Positions 36,592-48,400 are shown, counted from the stretch's first letter. The stretch: 64,000 nucleotides of DNA from Fistulifera solaris (GCA_030295235.1 AP026154.1:248001-312000); one strand, 5' to 3'. The notes: generated from the letters alone by a model not told the origin. Translations and numbers: made by a program.

Positions 36592-37116
36592 TTATAGATC
36601 CATTTCAAAGACACCGTCGTCGTCAGGATGCGTGCGAGCCATGAAACCTGTCACAGACCAATCGTCTTCGTCTGCAGGCCTTGGCTGAACTTCCACAACC
36701 GAGGGAACGTTCACAACGGGTGTCGCTTGAGTTTGAGGAGTGCGAGAACCATGAATAGTACGCAGCCTAGCTTGAATAAAATCGTTAATGTCTGGGTCTT
36801 TGGCTCGTTGTTTCTCCCGAATGCCATTCACCATGAGATAGAACATGTTGAGATCACGGGCTTCCGCAACTTCCTGATCCAGCCGCAACTGAAGCTCCGA
36901 CGAAGTTCTATGAACGTGTGAGGCTGGAAGCGGTATACTGGAAGATCGGTGAGAATCTTCGGATGTGCCGAAATTCAAGGGGGAAGAGTATCCAGTGGAT
37001 TCCATGCTGCCTTGCGAGTTTTTCGTTTGCATGCTCGAGATTATCGTATCTCGGGCGAACGCAACGTTCTTACTCTTCTGATGTGTTGTATTTACGTAAG
37101 TCTCGGCGAAAATCAT
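36592..37116 (-). CDS. uncharacterised small protein
   Basis: 174-aa ORF with HVHRTSSELQL...MFYLMVNGIR and acidic DDGVFEMDL end. Start codon uncertain. Confidence 0.65.
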   Translation of the reverse strand: MIFAETYVNTTHQKSKNVAFARDTIISSMQTKNSQGSMESTGYSSPLNFGTSEDSHRSSSIPLPASHVHRTSSELQLRLDQEVAEARDLNMFYLMVNGIREKQRAKDPDINDFIQARLRTIHGSRTPQTQATPVVNVPSVVEVQPRPADEDDWSVTGFMARTHPDDDGVFEMDL

Positions 37117-37810
37117 TGTTATTGTTCGATAAAAGATTGGATATTCGTTTTATGTTCTTTTGGTTGACAACAACTCGTTGTCTTTGGTCCCTTGATTGTT
37201 TGGTTCCCTGAAAATGGACGGAGTCAGAAGGGTCACGCAGTTTAGTAACGTGTTTTGATCGGGTGATTCCTTCCAGGTTCCGCACCACTCAACTATCCCC
37301 TTTATAGTGCTGTCGACGTCAAGACTAATGAGGATTGCCACCAAAGAGTACAAAGTGCCAATGTGAGGCCCGCTCTCAATTCTTATAGGTCCTCTCCAAG
37401 ACCACCGAACGTTGAAGATTCACTTACAGCCATCCATTTTGTTTCCGGCTTGGCAACACGAGAATTCTCAACACGTGCGGTTCGGACAGTACAAAAATCA
37501 TGACAGCGGTATTCTGCAGACCGACCATATTCGTCATGCCACGTCACACGTAATGAAGGCTCCAAGTACTACGAAACTCACATACAAGAAAGTGGCAAGA
37601 TTTTTTCACTGTTGGCGTCAGAATGTGCATACTCCGCACAAAAGTACTCTTTGAAAACCGGAAGACGACGGAGGGACGTCGTGAAAAATGTCTGTACGCC
37701 CGCCCCCCCACAAAATTCACTGCCAAAATAATGATACCTTCATTTGTTTTCATCTTCCGATGTCACAATAGAACAAAACATTCCTTTTCTTAGTTCATGA
37801 GAAAGCAACT

Positions 37811-39939
37811 ATGATCAACATACGAATCATTGTTATGGATTTTCCATCCCACAGGACTTGGGCAGAGGGATATCAGCGCTGGACGGAGAAACACTCCGAT
37901 CTCTATCAAGTTCGTCTCACACTCATTTCAGGAGAGAAGTGGAAATTTCGCATGTTGAGTGGAGGCGCTACATCGATCGATGACTCTCACAATGAGGATG
38001 ACGATATCATAATCTTGGATGGGATGTTTGACGCCTCTGTCGTAAAAAGCACGCTCGGGGCATCGGAAAGTTCTCGTCTATTTGCACGAGAACCAATTGA
38101 CGACACCGTATTCATCACAAGACCGTGACCAGAAGAAGCAAACTTCGTGGCATTTCGGGATGGTTCACTATCGATCGCTACTCGCCGCAGACGGACTTCT
38201 CTTTAACAGTTATACACAGCTTCGGGACTTTCAAAGGGCTCTGCCTCGCATGTTGAAGGAACAATGCCCTTCCGATGAAATCGATTGGCATTTAGAAAAG
38301 TGTCACCAACTGTTTAGTTCAAAGTGTACATTTCTGCACAACGGACTAGAACTAGAGGATTTGATCAGAATTCCTCTGGATGAAAACGAACCGAAAGCGA
38401 TTGGTAGATATAGAGCACCTATCATTTTGTGGAACGCTCGACTGGAAGAATACAAAGATCCGGGTTCGTTTCTGGAAATGTTAAAACTAGTCAAGAAGGG
38501 ATCCAATGTCAATTTTCAATTAATCGTTCTTGGGACGGACCCTACAAAAGACCAACGATGGTATCAAAAGTTCCACGATGAAGTTGGAGACGAACAGATA
38601 TTGTTTATGGGCTGGTGTAATGATCGAAAAGAATACGCGAAGTATCTTCGCTTATCTGATATTGTGGTTAGTACGGCCCGTCATGAGACCTTTGGTATTT
38701 CTATAGTCGAAAGCGTATTTTGCGGTGCATTGCCGTTGCTTCCGAATCGACTCTCCTACCCCGAACTGTTTTCACCGTCCACATTTGGCGCATACCATTT
38801 GTACGAAAACCCGTTGCACGATGGTGTCACCAAATTAATATCATTGTTGCAAGTCGTTACCGCCCACCCAGATACCGCCAAAGCGATGCAATGCCAAGCT
38901 AAAGAAGCCGTAACACGATTCCGATGGCAAAGCATGGGCCCCTTGTACAACCGAGTGTGGTCAAGTATACTTCTGGGAAAACCGATCGGAGCTCTGAAAG
39001 ATAACGAACCGATTTTGTCCAACAAGGAACAGCTACCTTCCGAAGACAAGATAATTGAAATCACCGATGCTTCCGATCCTCGAGTACAGTTGTACCGTCC
39101 CAAAAGTCTGCGAAACCACGCTTTGTACCATCAACAACTCGAGGCTTTGCAAATTGCTCCTGTATTGCATGGAGGTCGACGTGCCATGGTTCGTATGGTA
39201 GAAGCCATTCAGCTGGGTGCCAACATTCGACCCTTGTCTTTTTTTGACGACGCGTGCCTTAGCACAGTATATAGAACATGGTAGTTCGACCCAGGTACCC
39301 ATTTATACGGTGGACAACATTCGGTTGTTAAATGAAATACGTGGCCAAAGCATCAATTCCGGAGATGCCATTTTATCCATGATCCAATTTCCCATTGCGT
39401 GTCCGATGGAAACCATTCGACCGCCCATATTAATATTGAGTCAAGTCCGGAATGCCGAGAACGTGGGCAGCTTACTCCGCACGGCGTATTGTTTGGGCAC
39501 CATCCAATCCGTGCTGTGCGGAGACCCCATATCCTGGGCGGCGGTCCGAGACAGTCGAGCGGCTCGCTGCAGTATGGGTACTGTCTTTTATCACAAATAC
39601 TATCGCACGGACGACTTGCCAGCGACTTTATTGCAATTGCGACAAGATCAAGGTATGTGTGTGTACGGGATCGAGATTAACGAGCGGGCAGCACCATTGG
39701 AGCACCATGCCGATCACGACGGCGTCAATGACGGAAAATGGGCCATGGTGATGGGCAATGAGGATGCTGGCTTATCCGTAGACGTGGAAGCCGCATGTGA
39801 TAAAATCCTGTATATTCCACAAGCTCACGGCGATTCCTTGAACGTGGGACACGCGGCTGCCATAGCCATGTACGAACTAGGAAAAGGATCTCTCTCGCAG
39901 CCGCTTGTTTCTCACGACGGTCGAGGAGCGTGTCCGTGA
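37811..39939 (+). CDS. GTDC1/QTMAN-like glycosyltransferase fused to SpoU/TrmH RNA methyltransferase
   Basis: SHRTWAEG, KWKFRMLSGG, YLHENQLTTP, ILWNARLEEYKDP and STARHETFGISIVE...LPNRLSYPEL, then VRNAENVGSLLRTA, VMGNEDAGLS and SLNVGHAAAIAMYE. Single-base shifts at A5 38044-38048 and T7 39239-39245. Confidence 0.82.
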
Positions 39940-39984
39940 CAGATACTGTACAACGAAGGCACGTTGCTTTCTTCTGTTTGCATG

Positions 39985-40848
39985 TTATGACTCGACACGA
40001 ATGGGACAATACGCTTGCCGGGCTGGTACTTGCACCAAGGTGCCTTGTGGCAATATCACTCCGGTCAATACTTTTCCGTAACAACATCCGGTATCCAATC
40101 CCAGTGCTTTTGGGTAGGTTTGCAATCCCCGCTTGGCATCATGTCCAAAAATAACTTTGTAGGACGACGATGGGTGTTCCTCCCAAACACGTGCCCACGG
40201 TTGTTGATGGATATCTCGCAAAAGAATCATATCTTGGGGTGATTGTTGCTCCAAGGGTACACCCGGCATGAAACCAGAATGTACAATCATGGTTTGAAAT
40301 GGCTCCAACCATATCGTATAGGGCAATTCGTTCATCCATTGGATGTCTTGGGCCGTCAGTTGACTCGTCCACGCGTACTTATGGTTCTTGTTGTTTTTGT
40401 TGTTGTTGTTGTTCTCATCCTTCTCCTTCGAGGAACCATGATGACGAATAATATACCGTAAGACCCCTTCTTCATGATTGCCGCGTACCATATACCAGTT
40501 CGGTTGTGTTCGAACATGTTGCAGAGCCTGATACGATTTCGGACCTTTGTTGACCAGATCACCGACACATACAATGGCATCAAAGTCTTGCCCGTTGTCC
40601 AGTTGTTGCCGTGCTCGTTCGTACAAATCCACCATTTCGTCATAACAACCATGCACATCGCCAATCACGAGGACTGTGGGATTTTGTTTGGGAAGTGACA
40701 ATATTTGATGGGGTTGCGATGGAGACTGTGTGACGAAAGTGGGAGACGAAGTATCACCGAAACACGTCACGAATGTCGTCGTCGTAACGGCCACGGCCGC
40801 TACGAGTAGTTTGGGTGATCTGTTCAAAGCGCGCACTCGAGAAAGCAT
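39985..40848 (-). CDS. ApaH-like metallophosphoesterase (bis(5'-nucleosyl)-tetraphosphatase / Ppn2-like)
   Basis: IGDVHGC, VGDLVNKGP, VRGNHE, IVHSG, IFGHDA and LDTGCCYG. Confidence 0.92.
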   Translation of the reverse strand: MLSRVRALNRSPKLLVAAVAVTTTTFVTCFGDTSSPTFVTQSPSQPHQILSLPKQNPTVLVIGDVHGCYDEMVDLYERARQQLDNGQDFDAIVCVGDLVNKGPKSYQALQHVRTQPNWYMVRGNHEEGVLRYIIRHHGSSKEKDENNNNNKNNKNHKYAWTSQLTAQDIQWMNELPYTIWLEPFQTMIVHSGFMPGVPLEQQSPQDMILLRDIHQQPWARVWEEHPSSSYKVIFGHDAKRGLQTYPKALGLDTGCCYGKVLTGVILPQGTLVQVPARQAYCPIRVES

Positions 40849-41638
40849 GCTGGGTATTAAATATGTTAACGGTGACCGACGAATAAGGAAAGGGAAGGAA
40901 AGGGAGGGAAATCAACAATACTAGATTCCGCAAATTGCCCGAAATACAACAACACGAACAATAAAAGAAGAAAAAGCAAAATCCAAAATCCGGGTACTCC
41001 GTTTGTTGATAATTTTTCCTCACGATGAGGCCTACTTTATTGTACGTGAGAAATACGTAGACTTATTTTTCGAAGCGATGCCCTGTCCCTCGTCTCCATG
41101 TTTCGATGTCAAATCCAATTCGCTTCTTACTTATTCGAAAAATAGATGTTTTATTGGTAATCGAAAAATAAATGTTCATGAATCGTTACTATTGACTTAA
41201 ATTTATTTGAATCTAAGCGGTTCTGTCGCTCGTGCGAAGTTGATGAACCGACACAAGGAGAAAGAAAATTTTGAAGCGAAAATCGATTAGCAAGAATGAG
41301 ACGATAAAAAAGCCTTTTCTTGTGAGAACGTCTAAAGCGAAGCAAGATGCTTTTGAATATTGTCAGAGAATGGCGTCAGTATGTTTCTCGGCTTTCGGAG
41401 AGCTTTGGTCGGCAATGTTTTCTCTATCGACAATGAATGTTCGAACGTTGGCAAGACCTAAAAGCCGATAAATCGGCACTCTTACCCTCAAGGATCGCCA
41501 AGAAACTGCTCATTTACAAGCCGCATAATCATACGAAAGAGTATTGAGTTGAGAAACAGCAAAAGTTACGCGAAATTCGATTGAAAACGCTAGTTTGATG
41601 TCGATAGCGACGAAAGAAATTTGTTGAGGAACGAAGGT

Positions 41639-42133
41639 TTTGTGCGAACGACGAAACGCGAAAATTTATTGAGAATGGTATTGTGAATTGTGACGTACCA
41701 TGAAAATATGGGCGAGTGGTGTTTTCACGTACCCAGAAAATGTGGGCGTGTGGTGTTTTCACGTCCCAGAAAATATGGGGGTGTCGTGTTTTCACGTACC
41801 CGGAAAATATAGGCGAGTGGTATTTTCACGTACCCGGAAAATATGGGCGGGTGGTGTTTTTACTTACCCGGAAAATATGGGTGAGTCGTGTTTTCACGTA
41901 CCTGGAAAATATGGGCGTGTCCGCATAGGTCCTTGCGTGTCCGTCGTGTGTCGTGTTTTCACGTACCCGGAAAATATGGGGGTGTCGTGTTTTCACGTAC
42001 GTAGTACCCAGAACATATGGGGGAGTCGTTTTCACGTACCCAGAAAATATGGGGGTGTGGTGTTTTTACGCACCCAGAAAATATGGGTGATTGTTGTTTG
42101 TGCGAACGACGAAACGCGAAAATTTATTGAGAA
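41639..42133 (+). repeat. 34-bp minisatellite (11 cores) boxed by perfect 37-bp direct repeats
   Basis: Unit approximately GAAAATATGGGCGAGTGGTGTTTTCACGTACCCA, with cores at 41702, 41736, 41769, 41803, 41837, 41871, 41905, 41970, 42011, 42043 and 42077. TTTGTGCGAACGACGAAACGCGAAAATTTATTGAGAA occurs at 41639-41675 and 42097-42133. Confidence 0.95.
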
Positions 42134-42490
42134 AGACGTCTTCCCATCGCTCGCTTCGCTCGCGAGCAATAAAAATCCAAAAAGCCAAAAAGGTCCACCA
42201 ACATCGAGTGGTTTTCGAAAATTCAAGGGTTGCTAGTATAGACCGTCTATGAACAAATGTTGTTCACTACTACAAAATAAGTTCTTGGCGTCTATACTTT
42301 GTACTAACAACCATTGAATGATCTGTTGAGTTCAGAAACCTTTTCATCCACGTTTTCTTTTCCAGTTTATCCAATTCGATGACCTTGCTGTTTCGGTGGT
42401 CAAGCATCACAAACACAGCACGCTTTCTTCATCAACATCATGGACACCCCATCGTCCTCCTTGTGATGGTCACTTGCTCCCATAGTTTGC

Positions 42491-42573
42491 CAAGAAAATC
42501 TGGGCGTGTGGTGTTTTCACGCTCCCAGAAAATCTGTGTGTTTGATATTTTCGACTTTCCAGAAAATCTGGGT
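42491..42573 (+). repeat. degenerate 34-bp array, 3 cores
   Basis: GAAAATCTG at 42494, 42528 and 42562; the first unit keeps GTGTGGTGTTTTCACG. Confidence 0.88.
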
Positions 42574-42688
42574 GGCGTGGAATTATTCCAAACTCTTGAC
42601 AAAAACAACAATAATCATAACAATAATAATAATAAGAAGAAATAATGCTGATGATTGTCTGCTAAATCGCAGAGCATTTTTTCATGCT

Positions 42689-43750
42689 ATGGCGACTTCC
42701 TCTTCCAATAGAAAAATCAATGACACTGCTTCGACTAAGGCTCCCACATCCATTCCGATCAATTTAGGCAAACCTTCGTTGCGACTGCGTTTGGAGGCCT
42801 ATTACCGATTGGTGTCGCCCCAACAAATTTCCGATGACAATAATAATTGGAGAGATCGTTTCGCGCAAATATGGCAGAAATACGGAGGAACGGTAGAAGG
42901 TGAGCGGCAACTGGCTCGTAAATTGCACAAGAAATACGGGACGCAGGTGTTATTGCAACTTACGGAAGGATCCCAATCGACCACCACCACCACCAACAGC
43001 AACAACAACGAGCAACCCCAATCGTCATCGGATGCTCAACAGCAATACACCGAAGAGTGGTACGAGTTACGGTCACAAGAACGAGACAGTGGTGTGATCA
43101 ATTTTACGAGTAACTGCTTTGATCCAGTGGCGGCTTTACAACAACCGTTACACGTTATGGTGGAAGCTAATCCACCAGCCTTTGCCCTTTCTCAACAACG
43201 GTTAGAACGTGTCGATCAATGTCGACCCTATTTGCCTACTTGTGATCCCCAGTATCGTGCCGCTGTGGCGACAATACGACGCGATGCACCAACGATGATC
43301 CAACGAGCGTCCGCATCTTGTTGGGAAAGCACCGCCATGCCCTCGTACGCAATATTGTATCAAGCCATGCGTTCGAATCAAAAGATTCGTATACTCGTAC
43401 GATATGTGGATGGTATGAGAGGCACTATTACAGGAAAGTTGATGGCGTACGACAAACATTTTAATTTATTGTTGCAACGTGCCCACGAAACGTTCAGTCC
43501 GCGGAGTCTGGTCCAGCATGATGACACACCCGGAGTACGGACCGTGGATCGCGAAATCGCACGCCGCCTCGCTGGAAAATTCCAGCGACGGTCTTTGTCA
43601 CAAGTATTGGTTCGAGGAGACAATGTTGTCTTGGTGTATTGGGCGGCGGAAGAGCAGAGCAGTCACCGGGAGACGGTGTCACGATACCGACCACACGCTC
43701 CGAAAGCCACTTTTGGATCGGTGGGTTTCGCATCCATCATGAAGCGTTAA
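42689..43750 (+). CDS. LSM11: LSM11-like Sm-domain protein
   Basis: N-terminal FTSNCFDPVAAL, Sm1 IRILVRYVDGMRGTITGKLMAYDKHFNLLL, a long insert, then Sm2 RSLSQVLVRGDNVVLV. Confidence 0.72.
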   Translation: MATSSSNRKINDTASTKAPTSIPINLGKPSLRLRLEAYYRLVSPQQISDDNNNWRDRFAQIWQKYGGTVEGERQLARKLHKKYGTQVLLQLTEGSQSTTTTTNSNNNEQPQSSSDAQQQYTEEWYELRSQERDSGVINFTSNCFDPVAALQQPLHVMVEANPPAFALSQQRLERVDQCRPYLPTCDPQYRAAVATIRRDAPTMIQRASASCWESTAMPSYAILYQAMRSNQKIRILVRYVDGMRGTITGKLMAYDKHFNLLLQRAHETFSPRSLVQHDDTPGVRTVDREIARRLAGKFQRRSLSQVLVRGDNVVLVYWAAEEQSSHRETVSRYRPHAPKATFGSVGFASIMKR

Positions 43751-43773
43751 ACTGGGGCATTTTCTTTCAATTT

Positions 43774-44635
43774 CTATTGTTTTCGAGACAAAGGAACTTT
43801 GCGTCGGTACAACTCAGGGTCAGAGGTATGTGGCAACCCTGGGCACGGAATTCCATCATGATCACGATCCAATTTGGCGACATCCCCATACAATGGAAAA
43901 TACCGCTCATACCAACGCAAGGCATCTTCGTACGTAGCGAAATCCGAGCATCCCTTGGAATCTCCCGGGTTCTTGGGTGGTAATTTGGTCGATAAGGACG
44001 GGCGCAACGATTCGAATTCGGTTTCAATAATGGATCGACAATCGTTGGATGATTCGTCCTCGGCACGGCGCCATTCGTCCTTAAGTTCTTGAGAAAACAA
44101 AGCTGGTATGTCGGCATCACGGACGGTAGCATAGTTTCGGAGAAGAAGTTGTGTTTGGATTGATATGAGCGGATTGTTTTTGTTGTTGGAACGAAACAAC
44201 AATACTTTACGAATTCCTCGATCATCCTTCTCCGTAACTGGATACACCCAAACTGCTGTATTGGGTGGTAACAGCTGTTGCAGTTTGGTATAGGTAGATG
44301 TGGTCCGTGTCGGACAACTTCCATTGCTGGTGTATTTTTTGGGAAATTGAAGTCCGGCCAGAGACACCAAGCCGGTCTTTTCTAGTTTAATGATGGTAGT
44401 ATCTTCCATGACTCGCACGACACGATCTGAAATGGTCTTATCGGTGACCGTCGTAGACGAAGAGTCGAGCCACGAAGCGGCCGTGAGAAAGGAAAAATAA
44501 GGCGACGACGAGCGTGGCGGCGACGTGGAAGTATCAGAGGGGAGAATCACTTCGAGGGGCGTCAAAATGAGTGCCTGAGCGGCAGTCATTGAAAGAAAAA
44601 ACAATCAATAAGAGACCTTTGGTTGTCGTCCTCAT
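43774..44635 (-). CDS. signal peptide + degenerate SNase/thermonuclease-like domain + Excalibur Ca-binding domain
   Basis: VVRVMEDTTII, VSLAGLQFP and IQTQLL; C-terminal CSDFATYEDA...LDRDHDGIPC. ATG at 44635 is in frame if one base is removed from the run at 44596-44601. Confidence 0.7.
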
Positions 44636-45023
44636 CTTTTGTGTGTGATTATACCATCCTATCATGGGGCGGGTGCATGAATGGAGGAGCCGATTGGCTT
44701 ATTCCTCGATGATGGTCCTCGGCGCATATTTGGCGCAAAAAACTCGCAAAACAGAGTGCGCGCCAACTATTGACGAAGGATGCGTGACTTATTCGCTGAG
44801 AAGTCGTGACAATGTATAACCGGTACTCATCAATATCCTGTTAGTTCATGGTACGACATCGTTTCAACTCGCATCGATTTTTCGCCGTGGACGACTTTTA
44901 TTCTTGCAATGACAAACAAGGCAATCAAAGACTTTGTTTCATTTTTTCGGTTATTGTTTCAATCAAATTCATCAACACTGAATCGCATTGATTATTCCGC
45001 ATATCAAACACCGAAGAGAAAGA

Positions 45024-45762
45024 ATGGAAGCAACCAATTTGGTCGATTTCGGAAACAAGTTTCAAGAGCGAACGCAACAACTGCAAGCGGCCCAAGCACA
45101 CCTCGAGGAAGTTCGTCAAAAATGGCAAACCAGTCAAGAACTGTTGCAAGAACATGAAACAAAATCAAGGGAAGCTCGGCAGCAGTTACTGCAAACAACG
45201 AGTCGTTGCAATCGAATTGAATGGGAATACAATCAATTGCAGGAGACGGTGCGGGACTGCCAAGAAAAGACCGCAAAATCGGTACAGCAAAAGCAAGAAC
45301 TAGATTTACATCTCCAGGAAGAACAAGAAAACTGGAAACAGAACGTTGAAGGAGCGATCTTGGCACCGCACATGACGCTCACGGATTTGTATCAGAACTG
45401 CTGGGAGGCGCAAGTGCAAGCGAAACAAATGTCGTTACGGGAACGGGAGGACTGCCGCAACGAGTTGCAGCGGCGCATCGATCAAATGAGTCGCGAACGG
45501 ATTTGGCTCGATCAGCAAAAGGTGCAAGTGGAACGCGATATCGAAACGGCTCAACAGCACAATCAGCGACAAGACGAACATCTAGCGCAATTAGCAAAGC
45601 AAGTGCGTGAGGCATTGGAAAAGGTAAAATTGTTTGATGAAAACAGTAGTATTGCTTCATTATTTATCGGGTTCTTCTCACATTAAATTTCGTTATTCTG
45701 TCGATTGGCGACTAATACAGAGAGCGCGATTGCGAGAACAATTGCGTCAATCACAAGACTAA
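45024..45762 (+). CDS. coiled-coil protein
   Basis: Q/E/R-rich heptads; intron 45624-45720 (GTAAAA...CTAATACAG). Confidence 0.75.
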
Positions 45763-46539
45763 CGTCCTCCGACAGCATAAGCAATGCTAACGATCTACTA
45801 GAGAGAGTTCACTACTCTCTGTTCAAATGCTTTCTCAAAATATAATACTGTAATATCTTTGCTGATCATCATGTTTCGTTCAACGAAAAAAATTTACTGA
45901 CCAACCTGACACTGTTGCCAGCTGTTGAGAGCCTAGAGCTCGTCTCTCACTCATGTGCATCGGTACCCAGTCTTTAAGTAAAATTAATCGTTTACATAGT
46001 CACACCCGTTTAACACGAGAAATGGTTTATGGTGTTTGAATGATTCTATGCACACTTTGAATTTCACTATAGTTCCAAGTGTAGGCGACACTCAACAACG
46101 ACTGGTTTTCAGTCATGAATGGCATCTTTGGTTTATCGAAAGGAAACCCCCGAAAATATGTTCACGAATTACTTTTGACAAGGGGAGAGCAACATCTCAA
46201 GGAAGATACTTTTTAATGAGAAACCTTTCTTGATATGCATTCCTGTATGATGTGTTTCGAGTTTTAGTTTTGTCGTAGACCGCCTGGGTAGGTTTTACGT
46301 GGGCATGACTGGTTTAGTCATGAGCCGGGTCCTTCTTTATCAGTCACGGTGCGATGACTATTATGCTCTTGTTGGCGGCCGCTGCCCGCTGCACGTGCAA
46401 AATTTACGGAGTTTTTTTCTCCGTTATTCACGTTGCTCGTTTTACTTTTTGCAAAGCAATACAATTAGAATACTTCTCTATCAGCCCGCGATCGTTTAAC
46501 AAGGTCTGGTCATTCTTAGTGGTGCTGCTCCCTTGCGTT

Positions 46540-48400
46540 ATGGGAAACGAGCCTTCGAAAAAGGTTTTTGGAGGCAAACGCTCCACAGGTAAATTTTATT
46601 GTGTTATTTCGTGCGAGAAGAACTGTCATCAGCCAATTTTGGTTACGCTACTGCGTTTGCTTCATCCCTATTTTTTGCGTCGCTAATTCGTCTCACTTGC
46701 TAATCCATGTCATTGCGTCAACTCGCTCAACAAACAGAGGAGTCTTCGAAAAAGTCGCGCCCTAACTCAAAGCATGTTCACATAGACGTGAAAGAGAACG
46801 AAAAGAAAAAACACCACAAAGGGAAAGAAAATGGAGCAGCTTGAATCCGCAAGTACATTTGGCCAACCTACTGCCCCCATCCAGTTTCGAAAAGTTCATA
46901 CTCCGGTCATGATTACGGATGCCTTGTCGGATGTTCGCGTCAACTATCACATCGACCCCAAAGAACTGGGCCACGGTCATTACGGTGTCGTTCGAAAATG
47001 CATGCATCGAGAAACGGGTGAAGTGTATGCCATCAAGTCAATCCGCAAATCGAAAGTCAACAAAATTGAAGTTTTGAAACGAGAAATTGAAATACTCAAA
47101 GAAGTGAAACACCCGCACATTATTCAGTTGTTTGATGTGTACGAAGATGAACGTTACTTGCATCTCATTACAGAGCTCTGTACTGGAGGAGAATTGTTCG
47201 ATCGGATCATTGCGAAAACACAATCCGCGGAAGGCCACTTCTCGGAGCACGATGCGGCGTTACTTGTGCGAGACATTCTCGACGCCATTCGTTATTGCCA
47301 CGATGAAAAACAAATCGTACATCGAGATCTGAAGCCCGAGAACTTTCTGTTTCTTACTCCTGCCGAAAACGCGCCTGTGAAAATTATCGACTTTGGACTC
47401 TCGCGACATGACGATGCTCACCAAGGGATCATGCAAACGAAGGTCGGGACACCGTACTATGTTGCACCGGAGGTATTACGGCGGGAGTACACGAAGATGT
47501 GTGATATTTGGTCAATCGGAGTCATAACCTATATTCTGTTGTGTGGATATCCTCCATTCTACGGCGATTCAGACACTCAGATTTTTGAAAGTGTCAAAGT
47601 AGGGCGATTCGATTTTCCGTCGCCGGAATGGGATGATATAAGCAAGAGTGCGAAAGCTTTCGTGACCGAAATGCTCCAAAAGGATCCAGACAAACGGTAA
47701 GTCGCGTAAAGTGTATTGCAGCAATGGCGCTTTAAACTCATTCCATGGTTATCGCCGGCGCAATTGTTTATTCAGGCCTGATGCTTCACAAGCACTGAAA
47801 CACAAATGGCTGAAAGAACAACTTGGTGAAACAGAGCCATCGTCGCTCAGAGCATCTACTCTATCGCACGCCAGTCTACGAACAGGAGAGTTTGCAAACT
47901 ATCTTGCAATGAAGAAGCTGCAAAAGGCTGCGTTGGGATACATTGCCACAAATTTAACGCAGGCGGAAGTAGGAACACTCGAAGAGCTATTCAAAGCACT
48001 GGATCGCAATGGATCAGGGACGATATCTTTGACAGAATTGGATGAAGCTATAGCGCAAGGAAACTTCTCCGAAAGTGTCATCAATGAAATCCGAAGGCTT
48101 CGTGTTGATCTAGAGTTATCGGACGAAAGCAAATTAAATTACAAAGATTTTGTCGCCATGACGATGGATCGAAGTTTGGCTCTACGGGAAGACAACATGC
48201 GCATAGCGTTTGAACACTTTCGTCACACCGAAGCCGACTATTTAACTGTGAAAGATTTGGGAGATATTTTTGGTGAAGCTCAAGCGCTCGACATGATGAA
48301 CATCCTAGACACCGACGGTGATGGTCGAGTTTCTTTTGAGGATTTTAACAAGGCCATGGTGAAGAGCATGTCACAGGATGTAAATGTAGGCATTTCATAA
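46540..48400 (+). CDS. CDPK: calcium-dependent protein kinase (CDPK), predicted N-myristoylated
   Basis: MGNEPSK exon 1; introns 46589-46737 and 47697-47775; LGHGHYG, HRDLKPEN, DFG and APE; EF hands DRNGSGTISLTEL and DTDGDGRVSFEDF, with the middle two degenerate. Frameshift at A run 46806-46811. Confidence 0.93.

Noticed and set aside
41700..42090. CRISPR-like array
   Set aside because: Units are contiguous and homologous along their length, with no unique spacers and no cas genes, in a eukaryotic context.
41700..42236. 178-aa repetitive ORF and overlapping ORFs
   Set aside because: By-product of a stop-poor 34-bp repeat; the period is not a multiple of three.
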